Part shown: one piece after another, positions 1 to 12,200 of the stretch
Layout of the letters: every line of letters starts with the position of its first letter
Numbering within the stretch: the stretch's first letter is position 1
Assembly (NCBI GenBank): GCA_032718475.1
Contig: JAUCBJ010003806.1
Location: 1-40,120, forward strand
Source of the DNA: Nemertoderma westbladi
Taxonomy: Eukaryota > Animalia > Xenacoelomorpha
Length of the DNA stretch: 40,120 bases
Reading direction: 5' to 3'
The notes under the pieces: model-generated
Databases searched by the model: none
Told to the model about the DNA's origin: nothing
Seen by the model: the letters and a program-made list of their open reading frames with translations, nothing else
Translations under genes and position numbers: made by a program

Positions 1-772
1 AATAAGAACAAGGAACACCTTGGCCATAAATGGCGGGCGTTCCACAGCACTGCCACCCTATTCAGTGAGTTGAATGCGTTGGAGGCGTCTAACAGGAGTA
101 CCCCCCCAACCGTCGTCAGCCCGCTCCTCGAAGATGTCGGCCATCGTGTGGACGGCGGGGCTGGGCAGCTTTTTTACTTTTACTTTACTTTACTTTTGAC
201 GTCCCGGCTGATAGCTGCTCAGCCCCGCAAGTTGTTGTCACGTCGTCGCCAGTATTCTGCACCATGGCTCGTGCCATGATCCGGCGGAGGCATTCGCCTA
301 TCCCAATTGGGCGCGGCGCACTCCAGGGCACTTATCAAGGGCAATGAGCCGGCCAGACATGAGGGCACGTGTGGACTCCCACGGGACTACTGAGTTCGCC
401 AGACTGCGAGTGATGCCAGCTATTCCCTCGCGTAGGCGTTCGCTGTGGGCCCCGTAACTTAGCAGAAAATCCTGTCAGCGGGTGGAATCGGAACCGGCGG
501 GTCCCGCCCCGCCATGGAGGTGGCGGACAGCCGACTCTATATGGGCGGCCGTTATGTCGACGTCAACTCGCACCGGTAGCTCATCTTCAAGATCCAGTAG
601 AGAACCAACCGGAGGTGCCGCCGCTGAGGGGTGTTTACTTTTGAGCACGTCCAGGACATTGACCTTGTTGCCCCCAACCTCCACGTCATTGCTGGGGTCT
701 AGTACGCCTCCAGAATCCCGGCCCGTCACCCACCGTACAGCGCTTCGCACTTTTCCTTCAAGCATAAGGGGG
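1..772 (-). mobile_element. Decayed CRE-like non-LTR retrotransposon, reverse transcriptase region (5'-truncated, continues past the left window edge)
   Basis: GC-rich island. Manual minus-strand translation across lesions gives KVRSAVRWVT..VLDVLKSKHP..GGAGPAG..(*)QDFLLSYGAHSERLREGIAGITRSLANSVVPWESTRALMSGRLIALDKCPGVR/PIGIGECLRRIMARAM..GDDVTTTCGAEQLSAG../[56 protein letters not shown] and [11 protein letters not shown] are typical of CRE-clade RTs. Lesions: TGA at 475-477 (likely ex-TGG), frameshift near 312, microsatellite insertion near 160-197. Confidence 0.88.
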
Positions 773-1591
773 GTAAACAAAATATAGATTAAGGTAAATA
801 AGGTAAAATATATTCATTTTTTATTTTAAACATCTTTTGATACGGGTTGTGTACAACGATCACTGTAGTCTACTTCTGTATTTAATTTTTTCGAAAAAAT
901 TTTCTAGAACAAAAATGTGTTTTTTAGAACCTTAATTGAAGCTAAGATTTTCTAGAACATTAAAATAAGCTAGTTTAACAAAATCATTATTTTAAATATA
1001 ATGTTCCAGAAAAAAAAATGTTTTCTGTGAACATTAATATTTTTCTTAATTGATATCTAGCATGTTCTAGAACATTTTGCTGTCATGTAATATAATAATT
1101 TATATTATAATTGTAAAAACTAGCAAGTAGGCCTACTGTATAAAAAGTCTGGTCTATGGGTACGGTACCCAAGGTCTTGTAATGCTAACAATTCCCGAAA
1201 TTCGCGAAGAATCCGTCAGTTTCTGTGCCCTAATGTGCAATAATGACTTCGGAATCTTAATGAACGTATCCAGGGTGAGGAATTACCTCACCTCAAGCGG
1301 ACATTATGCAAAAGGATGGAGGATTCTTAACTTTTCATATCATAAAGCAAAGCAGACAATCAATATGCATCCTAGCGGGGGCCACCTTATAGGCCTAAAC
1401 AAAATTGTATGAGCTAATCAATATATCAATCAAAATAGTTAATTAATTTTGACAAAATAGGAGAGGAGAACCATTAGCTGCTAGCAGTTAATCACCAAGC
1501 ATCTGGACTGCGGAGTTATTAGAATACAGCAATTAAATAAAGCAATGTTATTTTATAAGTTATTTATATTGCGTCGGTATACATACAGTAT

Positions 1592-1735
1592 ATACCACCT
1601 GTATCAACTACTGAACGTGAACGCAGATTACGATTCAGTGGACACTGCGGCACTGCGGGAGAAATTTACAAAGTCCGATACCAGATCTACTTTTCTGGCA
1701 ACGTATAGTACACAAGGAAAGCGTAGCCGACTTAC
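1592..1735 (+). mobile_element. RTE-clade LINE ORF2 C-terminal fragment (degenerate)
   Basis: Reads IPPVSTTERERRLRFSGHC, then after frameshifts PIPDLLFWQ..QGKRSR. This matches the RRLRFxGHC..LLxW..GxRxRGRP motif at the end of RTE-type ORF2. Confidence 0.7.
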
Positions 1736-2037
1736 TTGAAAGGGGAGAAAGGAGGGTGGGGTGTGGGGGGGGGGGGGGGGGGGGGGGGGGTGGGGCGGAC
1801 CGGGCTTATCCTATCCTTATCTTGGCGAATTAATATTTCGTCTCACTGTTACATTACATATTTAGGGAAAGGGGCACGTTACAGTGGCACGTTACAGTGG
1901 CACGTTATTCTACCCAAAACAATAAATGAACGTCAATAGAACAAACAGGTCACAGTTTTATTTCTGAGAGTAATCCGCTGTTATTTGCGTTGATTTTCCA
2001 CCTGGAGAGGGATGAATTTTGATTGCGTCGAAAGTCC

Positions 2038-2072
<35 letters not shown>

Positions 2073-2391
2073 TGCTATGTGTGAAAGGGTTGGACATGGG
2101 AGAAACGGAATTTAAATAACCTCATTTCCATTGTCCGAGCTCGCTCGACCTACTGTAGTAATTTTCTTTCCATAATCAAAAGAGTGAAATAAAGAATGAA
2201 GAGTGCGAGAATTATTACCTTATTTCACTGTTTTTTTACCAATTCTAAAAGTGAGAAACTTGATTTTTATGATAGATAAATTTAGATATTATTGCAGATT
2301 AAACATAAATACCGGAACATATAAACAATGATTCCCATTGTCCTTAATGAATTATAAGTAAATTTTAAATTCTCTATAATTTAATACGAAA

Positions 2392-3738
2392 CTAGCAAGT
2401 TGACGCCGACAATATATTTTGTCGCTTTTCCGATTTCAGTGGGTTTGTTAACTGTCCACCGACACGTTTCTGTGAACAGCCGAGTTTTGCTGTCTGCCGA
2501 CTCCGATTGTCAGACATTGTCACGTCATTTTGTCTCCCGGCCATTGAACTTACATCAGCGCAAGTGTTGTACCTCGTGGGCGAGGTCTGAAATTTTCCGA
2601 AAAACAGATTCTTCAAACAAGCTTTTCGGAAACTTTGAACTAATACAAACATTATATAAAAGTTTAGAGCGTACATAATGTCAGCGGCATCTATAACAAT
2701 ATAAATTACAGCGGAGAACTCCAGATGCCAGTGTAGTTTACGCGCATATATTTCATCTTCGTGCGATTTAAATCCGCAAATAAAACCTTTCCGGACTTTG
2801 GATAATTCGTAATACCAAAAATGCAACTCAGCGGCTCCCAATAGAATCAGATTGAAACTCGACAAACCGACAACCACAGCCAATAGTTGGAGCACAGCGC
2901 GTTCTCGTTTCATTAAGCGACCTACTCGGCCTATTAGCGTCGCGTGCGATAGTTTGTAACTATGTCGGCGGAGTTTCCAGGCCGTTGCCAGCGATAAACC
3001 AATAACTGCCGTCATTATCATCCACGTGACAACCGGCCTGTAGTAGGTGTTTAGGTAATTATTTACTGTTTGAAATCCCAAATTTTTCGTCTTGTCCCGA
3101 ATCACAACCCAATGGGTGGTATACAACGTTTTACCGTCAGTATTATTCGCTAGCGTGATGCGTTGTTCGAGAGAATACAGACCGAACCTTGGCACTGCTA
3201 AATAGCTGTAGATTATTCCAACAAAACAAACAATAACACAAATAATATTCTTCTGGTTATGGTTTGTGATAGAGAGGACTTTCGCGCTGTAAAAAACTAA
3301 GAATCTTTCGATTGTTAAGAACAATATGCACCACGTTGACAATTCAACAAACGGCATTTGAAATGCCCGGTAATATGCGTGCATAAAGGCTGAGAGAAAG
3401 CCATGGCAACCGGAGTAAACATAGTAGGTTGAGTTTCTGTTACATGTAGAACCGTCGCAGAAATAGCCTCTACGTCTCATCATTTTGAGAAGATGGCCGA
3501 CACAAGTTAGGCTCTCAATGACGGCATCTAAACAAATAAGTTTGTAGAAGAGTGAATGAAATGTATTCTCTTTGTACACCACCGTGATGGTTAGACAATG
3601 TCCAATAAAGCCGAAGATAGTGTAGATAATACTGTATGTAAGAAGAATAGATGTAAGATAAGGATCCGTAAAAGTCGTCAACGCCCAAGACCAACTCTCA
3701 TTTATGTAATTATTAGTAGAATTATAAGAAGAATCCAT
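2392..3738 (-). CDS. Intronless class A (rhodopsin-like) GPCR, 448 aa; divergent FMRFamide-receptor-like / Srw-like chemoreceptor type
   Basis: Intact ATG-to-TAG ORF with seven hydrophobic segments. N-terminal sequons NST and NES; TM1 GFIGH; TM2 LICLD; TM3 ELSTWCILFLTIERFLVFY (ERF = DRY equivalent); TM7 ALNFYIM followed by a helix-8-like SFRK. Confidence 0.9.
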   Translation of the reverse strand: MDSSYNSTNNYINESWSWALTTFTDPYLTSILLTYSIIYTIFGFIGHCLTITVVYKENTFHSLFYKLICLDAVIESLTCVGHLLKMMRRRGYFCDGSTCNRNSTYYVYSGCHGFLSAFMHAYYRAFQMPFVELSTWCILFLTIERFLVFYSAKVLSITNHNQKNIICVIVCFVGIIYSYLAVPRFGLYSLEQRITLANNTDGKTLYTTHWVVIRDKTKNLGFQTVNNYLNTYYRPVVTWMIMTAVIGLSLATAWKLRRHSYKLSHATLIGRVGRLMKRERAVLQLLAVVVGLSSFNLILLGAAELHFWYYELSKVRKGFICGFKSHEDEIYARKLHWHLEFSAVIYIVIDAADIMYALNFYIMFVLVQSFRKACLKNLFFGKFQTSPTRYNTCADVSSMAGRQNDVTMSDNRSRQTAKLGCSQKRVGGQLTNPLKSEKRQNILSASTC

Positions 3739-3851
3739 GATTTATCCCAAATTTAAAAACTTTTAGATTTTAAAAATGACTCTATCTTGAAAATGTGATA
3801 AACTAACAAATGTTTATAGTCTAGTCCCACAGTATGCTAACATAGCCTAAA

Positions 3852-3861
3852 GTTTTATATA
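3852..3861 (-). promoter_or_regulatory. Candidate TATA box for the GPCR
   Basis: Minus strand reads TATATAAAAC about 115 bp upstream of the ATG. The AT-rich context makes a chance match plausible. Confidence 0.25.
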
Positions 3862-6206
3862 CAGTATGTATATTAGTAAATATTAAAACATATAATTAAC
3901 ACAATCTACTGTATGTTCAGTTGTCGTGCTCTATGTTTTCTTCTATATTCTAAGCGTCCTCAGGCGCTCTATAAATTATTATTATTATTATTATCATATA
4001 AAAGTTTTGTTGGGAGAAAAAAAGGGTACCGAAAATGAATCGAATCTAGATAAATAAATAGTAACAATGCGTAGCAGCACCACAAACGTGACGTGGGTCA
4101 ATCGCGTTTCTGATTGTTGATTATTAGTTTGGGTGTGCTTGCATTATACATTTCAATCCTTGCAAAAAGGTTACGCCAGTCAGTGACTCGCCACAGTGAG
4201 TCGTCATTCATGATAATATGGATGGAGTGCGCAATCTTACCCTACTTGCTCCCATCTTATCCTACTCTGATGCTCTAAGAGTCTAACGGTTTCAGGGATT
4301 TGTTTTAGTTTGATTTTTTCCTTTATCACTACCACTACTGTAGGTAAGGATCAATTTTATATAAAATATAAATTTTTCATAGGCCTATATAAATGTTCAA
4401 TCAAATTCAAATTAAAAACCTAATAATCTTCGCATCACAACATTGCATTGTGCACTTGTATTTTGATACATCAAAAAGTGCGCTGATAACGCTGTAATAA
4501 GTTATTATACATTTTTAACCCTTGGGATGAAAATACCTCCTCTCCGGGTTGCAACCAAACGTCGTGATGTAATGAGAAAACGTTGGAAAGAACAAAGGAA
4601 CAGAGCAGCGGACTGAGAGGTAATGAATGTAGGCCTACTCTGTAGTACACACAGTGTGTCTCTACAGTATGTATTACAGTATAACCCTCCGGATATCAGC
4701 AACTACTGTATCCTAACGTTGACGACATCCGACGCCCCGTTTTGTTGTAATGTAGTTTCAAAAGAAGCTTTATTTCACCTCTCATGCCTCAGGGGACATC
4801 CTCAGGGGATAATCTACATTATTACACGGCGAGTAATCTCTGAACGTTACAGTATATTGGTCAGTGACCCCTAGGTTGAATTCAAATGTGCAAACAGTTT
4901 TAACATAATTTTGAAAGGATAACATGGCGCCAAGGTTGCACGACATCCTATGTTATGGTATGAAGGCAGTACTTGATGATAACGCCTATATAATAATTAT
5001 TATGTACTGATGACTTGTAACTTATCATACTGCGTAAGAATAAGAATACGGGCCCGCGGTAAATGTAGCAGGGGGGGGGGGGGGGGGGTCAAACGAATGA
5101 AGTGAGGGATATAGCGCCAGCGATACATTTTTGTGTTTTTTTAATATATTTTAATGATCCATTGTTTGGGTTCCATACATTTGGTAACAGACCGTCTTTA
5201 TTTTAACCGGCATAATTTACCATAAATTTATGTGTGAAACATTTAAACTTCATTTATTTTATTAAAGAATCTACATAACAATATAACGAATAACTTTATG
5301 GTAGTTTATTGTTTTTGTTACATTAACACGTATTTTACCTTGTTCCAGTACTAAACAAATAAAATCTCAATATGTTTAGTCTAGTTTATTGCTTTAGTTA
5401 TCCACGTATTTCTGGGAGCTGTTTGTTTCTTTACTTATCTCTGCATGTTACTGAAAGACGTGTAAGTAAGTACACTGTACAGTCTACACTAAACACTATC
5501 GTTTATTGTTTTGGTTCGAACCACCAAACTTAGTAACATAATATTCCTTTACTACAGTAATTCGAATAATCTTTGTATAAAAAAAACAAAAGCATTACTT
5601 TACGTTTTTAAACAGTCCAATCACAATTTATTATCAGTAAGATAAAAATAAATATCGCTAATATTGCGAGATTCTTCAGTAGATACTGTATTGGTCGTTT
5701 GAAAATAATGTTTACTAATATATGTGCCCAGCTGTTGCTTATAATGGCCCAACTCATGGAATGGTTAGATAATTTATTCTAAATATTTCTATCATGATGC
5801 GCCATGCCATGCTAATTAACTAACACTTTCCTTGCGATGATGGACGTTATAAGGATAACACAGTTACTTATAAATTACAGAAATGGTGCAATATCAGTAC
5901 ATAATGTTATATGTAGGCCTATAGCACCGGTATTTACTGAACAAAAAAGGTCTAAAATTGATACATTGATGCAATTAAAACAATTAATTATATTATTTTT
6001 TCCTTTGTTGACCATGTCACTTTTTTAACAATAAACATTTTTTTTTCTATAAAACTGAATATTTGTAGTAAGAAAATTTTCACCGTTATACATTATCGGA
6101 GCATTTTAGACAAGTGCATTTTTCGACCATTTTTTAACAATTTATCCTTTACCGTGGAAACGAGTATTTTTATAAAAATACATAATCCAAATTGTAATCT
6201 GCACTT

Positions 6207-9200
6207 CGAAGTTTCTGCTCCCCTCTCTTACAGAAGTTTCTGCTCCCCTCTCTTACAGAAGTTTCTGCCCCCCTCTCTTACAGAAGTTTCTGCTCCCCTC
6301 TCTTATAGAAGTTTCTGCTCCCCTCTCTTACAGAAGTTTCTGCCCCCCTCTCTTACAGAAGTTTCTGCTCCCCTCTCTTACAGAAGTTTCTGCTCCCCTC
6401 TCTTACAGAAGTTTCTGCCCCCCTCTCTTACAGAAGTTTCTGCTCCCCTCTCTTACAGAGGTTTCTGCTCCCCTCTCTTACATAAGTTTCTGCCCCCCTC
6501 TCTTACAGAAGTTTCTGCTCCCCTCTCTTACAGAAGTTTCTGCTCCCCTCTCTTACAGAAGTTTCTGCCCCCCTCTCTTACAGAAGTTTCTGCTCCCCTC
6601 TCTTACAGAAGTTTCTGCTCCCCTCTTTTACAGAAGTTTCTGCTCCCCTCTCTTACAGAAGTTTCTGCCCCCCTCTCTTACAGAAGTTTCTGCTCCCCTC
6701 TCTTACAGAAGTTTCTGCCCCCCTCTCTTACAGAAGTTTCTGCTCCCCTCTCTTACAGAAGTTTCTGCTCCCCTCTCTTACAGAAGTTTCTGCTCCCCTC
6801 TCTTACAGAAGTTTCTGCTCCCCTCTCTTACAGAAGTTTCTGCTCCCCTCTCTTACAGAAGTTTCTGCTCCCCTCTCTTACAGAAGTTTCTGCCCCCCTC
6901 TCTTACAGAAGTTTCTGCTCCCCTCTCTTACAGAAGTTTCTGCTCCCCTCTCTTATAGAAGTTTCTGCTCCCCTCTCTCTTACAGAAGTTTCTGCTCCCC
7001 TCTCTTACAGAAGTTTCTGCCCCCCTCTCTTACAGAAGTTTCTGCTCCCCTCTCTTATAGAAGTTTCTGCTCCCCTCTCTCTTACAGAAGTTTCTGCTCC
7101 CCTCTCTTATAGAAGTTTCTGCTCCCCTCTCTCTTACAGAAGTTTCTGCTCCCCTCTCTTACAGAAGTTTCTGCTCCCCTCTCTTACAGAAGTTTCTGCT
7201 CCCCTCTCTTACAGAAGTTTCTGCTCCCCTCTCTTACAGAAGTTTCTGCTCCCCTCTCTTACAGAAGTTTCTGCTCCCCTCTCTTACAGAAGTTTCTGCT
7301 CCCCTCTCTTACAGAAGTTTCTGCTCCCCTCTCTTACAGAAGTTTCTGCTCCCCTCTCTTACAGAAGTTTCTGCTCCCCTCTCTTACAGAAGTTTCTGCT
7401 CCCCTCTCTTATAGAAGTTTCTGCTCCCCTCTCTCTTACAGAAGTTTCTGCTCCCCTCTCTTACAGAAGTTTCTGCTCCCCTCTCTTACAGAAGTTTCTG
7501 CTCCCCTCTCTCTTACAGAAGTTTCTGCTCCCCTCTCTTACAGAAGTTTCTGCTCCCCTCTCTTACAGAAGTTTCTGCTCCCCCTCTCTTACAGAAGTTT
7601 CTGCTCCCCTCTCTTACAGAAGTTTCTGCTCCCCTCTCTTACAGAAGTTTCTGCTCCCCCTCTCTTACAGAAGTTTCTGCTCCCCTCTCTCTTACAGAAG
7701 TTTCTGCTCCCCTCTCTTACAGAAGTTTCTGCTCCCCTCTCTCTTACAGAAGTTTCTGCTCCCCTCTCTTACAGAAGTTTCTGCTCCCCTCTCTTACAGA
7801 AGTTTCTGCTCCCCTCTCTTACAGAAGTTTCTGCTCCCCTCTCTTACAGAAGTTTCTGCTCCCCTCTCTTACAGAAGTTTCTGCTCCCCTCTCTTACAGA
7901 AGTTTCTGCTCCCCTCTCTTACAGAAGTTTCTGCTCCCCTCTCTTACAGAAGTTTCTGCTCCCCTCTCTTACAGAAGTTTCTGCTCCCCTCTCTTACAGA
8001 AGTTTCTGCTCCCCTCTCTCTTACAGAAGTTTCTGCTCCCCTCTCTTACAGAAGTTTCTGCCCCCCTCTCTTACAGAAGTTTCTGCTCCCCTCTCTTATA
8101 GAAGTTTCTGCTCCCCTCTCTCTTACAGAAGTTTCTGCTCCCCTCTCTTATAGAAGTTTCTGCTCCCCTCTCTCTTACAGAAGTTTCTGCTCCCCTCTCT
8201 TATAGAAGTTTCTGCTCCCCTCTCTTACAGAAGTTTCTGCTCCCCTCTCTTACAGAAGTTTCTGCTCCCCTCTCTTACAGAAGTTTCTGCTCCCCTCTCT
8301 TACAGAAGTTTCTGCTCCCCTCTCTTACAGAAGTTTCTGCTCCCCTCTCTTACAGAAGTTTCTGCCCCCCTCTCTTACATAAGTTTCTGCTCCCCTCTCT
8401 TACATAAGTTTCTGCTCCCCTCTCTTACAGAAGTTTCTGCTCCCCTCTCTTATAGAAGTTTCTGCTCCCCTCTCTCTTACAGAAGTTTCTGCTCCCCTCT
8501 CTTACAGAAGTTTCTGCTCCCCTCTCTTATAGAAGTTTCTGCTCCCCTCTCTCTTACAGAAGTTTCTGCTCCCCTCTCTTACAGAAGTTTCTGCTCCCCT
8601 CTCTTACAGAAGTTTCTGCTCCCCTCTCTCTTACAGAAGTTTCTGCTCCCCTCTCTTACAGAAGTTTCTGCTCCCCTCTCTTATAGAAGTTTCTGCTCCC
8701 CTCTCTCTTACAGAAGTTTCTGCTCCCCTCTCTTACAGAAGTTTCTGCTCCCCTCTCTTACAGAAGTTTCTGCTCCCCCTCTCTTACAGAAGTTTCTGCT
8801 CCCCTCTCTTACAGAAGTTTCTGCTCCCCTCTCTTACAGAAGTTTCTGCTCCCCTCTCTCTTACAGAAGTTTCTGCTCCCCTCTCTTACAGAAGTTTCTG
8901 CTCCCCTCTCTTATAGAAGTTTCTGCTCCCCTCTCTCTTACAGAAGTTTCTGCTCCCCTCTCTTACAGAAGTTTCTGCCCCCCTCTCTTACAGAAGTTTC
9001 TGCTCCCCTCTCTTACAGAAGTTTCTGCTCCCCTCTCTCTTACAGAAGTTTCTGCTCCCCTCTCTTATAGAAGTTTCTGCTCCCCTCTCTCTTACAGAAG
9101 TTTCTGCTCCCCTCTCTTACAGAAGTTTCTGCTCCCCTCTCTTACAGAAGTTTCTGCTCCCCTCTCTTACAGAAGTTTCTGCTCCCCTCTCTTACAGAAG

Positions 9201-12200
9201 TTTCTGCTCCCCTCTCTTACAGAAGTTTCTGCTCCCCTCTCTTACAGAAGTTTCTGCTCCCCTCTCTTACAGAAGTTTCTGCTCCCCTCTCTTACAGAAG
9301 TTTCTGCTCCCCTCTCTTACAGAAGTTTCTGCTCCCCTCTCTTACAGAAGTTTCTGCTCCCCTCTCTTACAGAAGTTTCTGCTCCCCTCTCTTACAGAAG
9401 TTTCTGCCCCCCTCTCTTACAGAAGTTTCTGCTCCCCTCTCTTACAGAAGTTTCTGCTCCCCTCTCTTATAGAAGTTTCTGCTCCCCTCTCTCTTACAGA
9501 AGTTTCTGCTCCCCTCTCTTACAGAAGTTTCTGCTCCCCTCTCTTACAGAAGTTTCTGCTCCCCTCTCTTACAGAAGTTTCTGCTCCCCTCTCTCTTACA
9601 GAAGTTTCTGCTCCCCTCTCTTACAGAAGTTTCTGCTCCCCTCTCTTACAGAAGTTTCTGCCCCCCTCTCTTACAGAAGTTTCTGCTCCCCTCTCTTACA
9701 GAAGTTTCTGCTCCCCTCTCTTACAGAAGTTTCTGCTCCCCTCTCTTACAGAAGTTTCTGCTCCCCTCTCTTACAGAAGTTTCTGCCCCCCTCTCTTACA
9801 GAAGTTTCTGCTCCCCTCTCTTACAGAAGTTTCTGCCCCCCTCTCTTACAGAAGTTTCTGCTCCCCTCTCTTACAGAAGTTTCTGATCCCCTCTCTTACA
9901 GAAGTTTCTGATCCCCTCTCTTACAGAAGTTTCTGCTCCCCTCTCTTACAGAAGTTTCTGCCCCCCTCTCTTACAGAAGTTTCTGCTCCCCTCTCTTACA
10001 TAAGTTTCTGCCCCCCTCTCTTACAGAAGTTTCTGCTCCCCTCTCTTACAGAAGTTTCTGCCCCCCTCTCTTACAGAAGTTTCTGCTCCCCTCTCTTACA
10101 GAAGTTTCTGCCCCCTCTCTTACAGAAGTTTCTGCTCCCCTCTCTTACAGAAGTTTCTGCCCCCCTCTCTTATAGAAGTTTCTGCTCCCCCTCTCTTACA
10201 GAAGTTTCTGCTCCCCTCTCTTATAGAAGTTTCTGCTCCCCTCTCTTACAGAAGTTTCTGCTCCCCTCTCTTACAGAAGTTTCTGCTCCCCTCTCTTACA
10301 GAAGTTTCTGCCCCCCTCTCTTATAGAAGTTTCTGCTCCCCTCTCTTACATAAGTTTCTGATCCCCTCTCTTACAGAAGTTTCTGCTCCCCTCTCTTACA
10401 GAAGTTTCTGCCCCCCTCTCTTACAGAAGTTTCTGCTCCCCTCTCTTACAGAAGTTTCTGCTCCCCTCTCTTACATAAGTTTCTGCTCCCCTCTCTTACA
10501 GAAGTTTCTGCCCCCCTCTCTTACAGAAGTTTCTGCTCCCCTCTCTTACAGAAGTTTCTGCCCCCCTCTCTTACAGAAGTTTCTGCTCCCCTCTCTTACA
10601 GAAGTTTCTGCTCCCCTCTCTTACAGAAGTTTCTGCCCCCCTCTCTTACAGAAGTTTCTGCTCCCCTCTCTTACAGAAGTTTCTGCTCCCCTCTCTTACA
10701 TAAGTTTCTGCTCCCCTCTCTTACAGAAGTTTCTGCCCCCCTCTCTTACAGAAGTTTCTGCTCCCCTCTCTTACAGAAGTTTCTGCTCCCCTCTCTTACA
10801 TAAGTTTCTGCTCCCCTCTCTTACAGAAGTTTCTGCCCCCCTCTCTTACAGAAGTTTCTGCTCCCCTCTCTTACAGAAGTTTCTGCTCCCCTCTCTTACA
10901 GAAGTTTCTGCTCCCCTCTCTTACATAAGTTTCTGCTCCCCTCTCTTACAGAAGTTTCTGCCCCCCTCTCTTACAGAAGTTTCTGCTCCCCTCTCTTACA
11001 GAAGTTTCTGCTCCCCTCTCTTACAGAAGTTTCTGCCCCCCTCTCTTACAGAAGTTTCTGCTCCCCTCTCTTACAGAAGTTTCTGCTCCCCTCTCTTACA
11101 GAAGTTTCTGCTCCCCTCTCTTACAGAAGTTTCTGCTCCCCTCTCTTACAGAAGTTTCTGCTCCCCTCTCTTACAGAAGTTTCTGCCCCCCTCTCTTATA
11201 GAAGTTTCTGCTCCCCTCTCTTACATAAGTTTCTGATCCCCTCTCTTACAGAAGTTTCTGCTCCCCTCTCTTACAGAAGTTTCTGCCCCCCTCTCTTACA
11301 GAAGTTTCTGCCCCCCTCTCTTACAGAAGTTTCTGCTCCCCTCTCTTACAGAAGTTTCTGCTCCCCTCTCTTACATAAGTTTCTGCTCCCCTCTCTTACA
11401 GAAGTTTCTGCCCCCCTCTCTTACAGAAGTTTCTGCTCCCCTCTCTTACAGAAGTTTCTGCTCCCCTCTCTTACAGAAGTTTCTGCTCCCCTCTCTTACA
11501 GAAGTTTCTGCTCCCCTCTCTTACATAAGTTTCTGCTCCCCCCCTCTTACATAAGTTTCTGCTCCCCCCCTCTTATAGAAGTTTCTGCTCCCCTCTCTTA
11601 CAGAAGTTTCTGCTCCCCTCTCTTACAGAAGTTTCTGCTCCCCTCTCTTACATAAGTTTCTGCTCCCCTCTCTTACAGAAGTTTCTGCCCCCCTCTCTTA
11701 CAGAAGTTTCTGCCCCCCCCCTCTTATAGAAGTTTCTGCTCCCCTCTCTTACAGAAGTTTCTGCTCCCCTCTCTTATAGAAGTCTCTGCTCCCCTCTCTT
11801 ACATAAGTTTCTGATCCCCTCTCTTACAGAAGTTTCTGCTCCCCTCTCTTACAGAAGTTTCTGCTCCCCTCTCTTACAGAAGTTTCTGCTCCCCTCTCTT
11901 ACAGAAGTTTCTGCTCCCCTCTCTTACAGAAGTTTCTGCTCCCCTCTCTTACAGAAGTTTCTGCCCCCCTCTCTTACAGAAGTTTCTGCTCCCCTCTCTT
12001 ACAGAAGTTTCTGATCCCCTTTCTTATAGAAGTTTCTGCTCCCCTCTCTTACAGAAGTTTCTGCCCCCCTCTCTAACAGAAGTTTCTGCTCCCCTATTTT
12101 ACAGAAGTTTCTGCTCCCCTCTCTTACAGAAATTTCTGCTCCCCTCTCTTACAGAAGTTTCTGCTCCCCTCTCTTACAGAAGTTTTTGCCCCCCTCTCTT

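Noticed and set aside
70-787. Plus-strand ORFs 70-279 and 482-787
   Set aside because: Antisense shadows of the GC-rich CRE RT fragment.
1182-1412. 76-aa ORF with CALMC (PAN/apple-like)
   Set aside because: A single short motif; the remaining cysteines of the domain are absent.
6154-8205. 683-aa ORF (EVSAPLSYRSFCSPLLQKFLLPSLT repeats)
   Set aside because: Translation of the 25-bp satellite, whose consensus has no stop on the plus strand. Frequent 26/27-bp units shift the frame with no sign of constraint, and the start is GTG.
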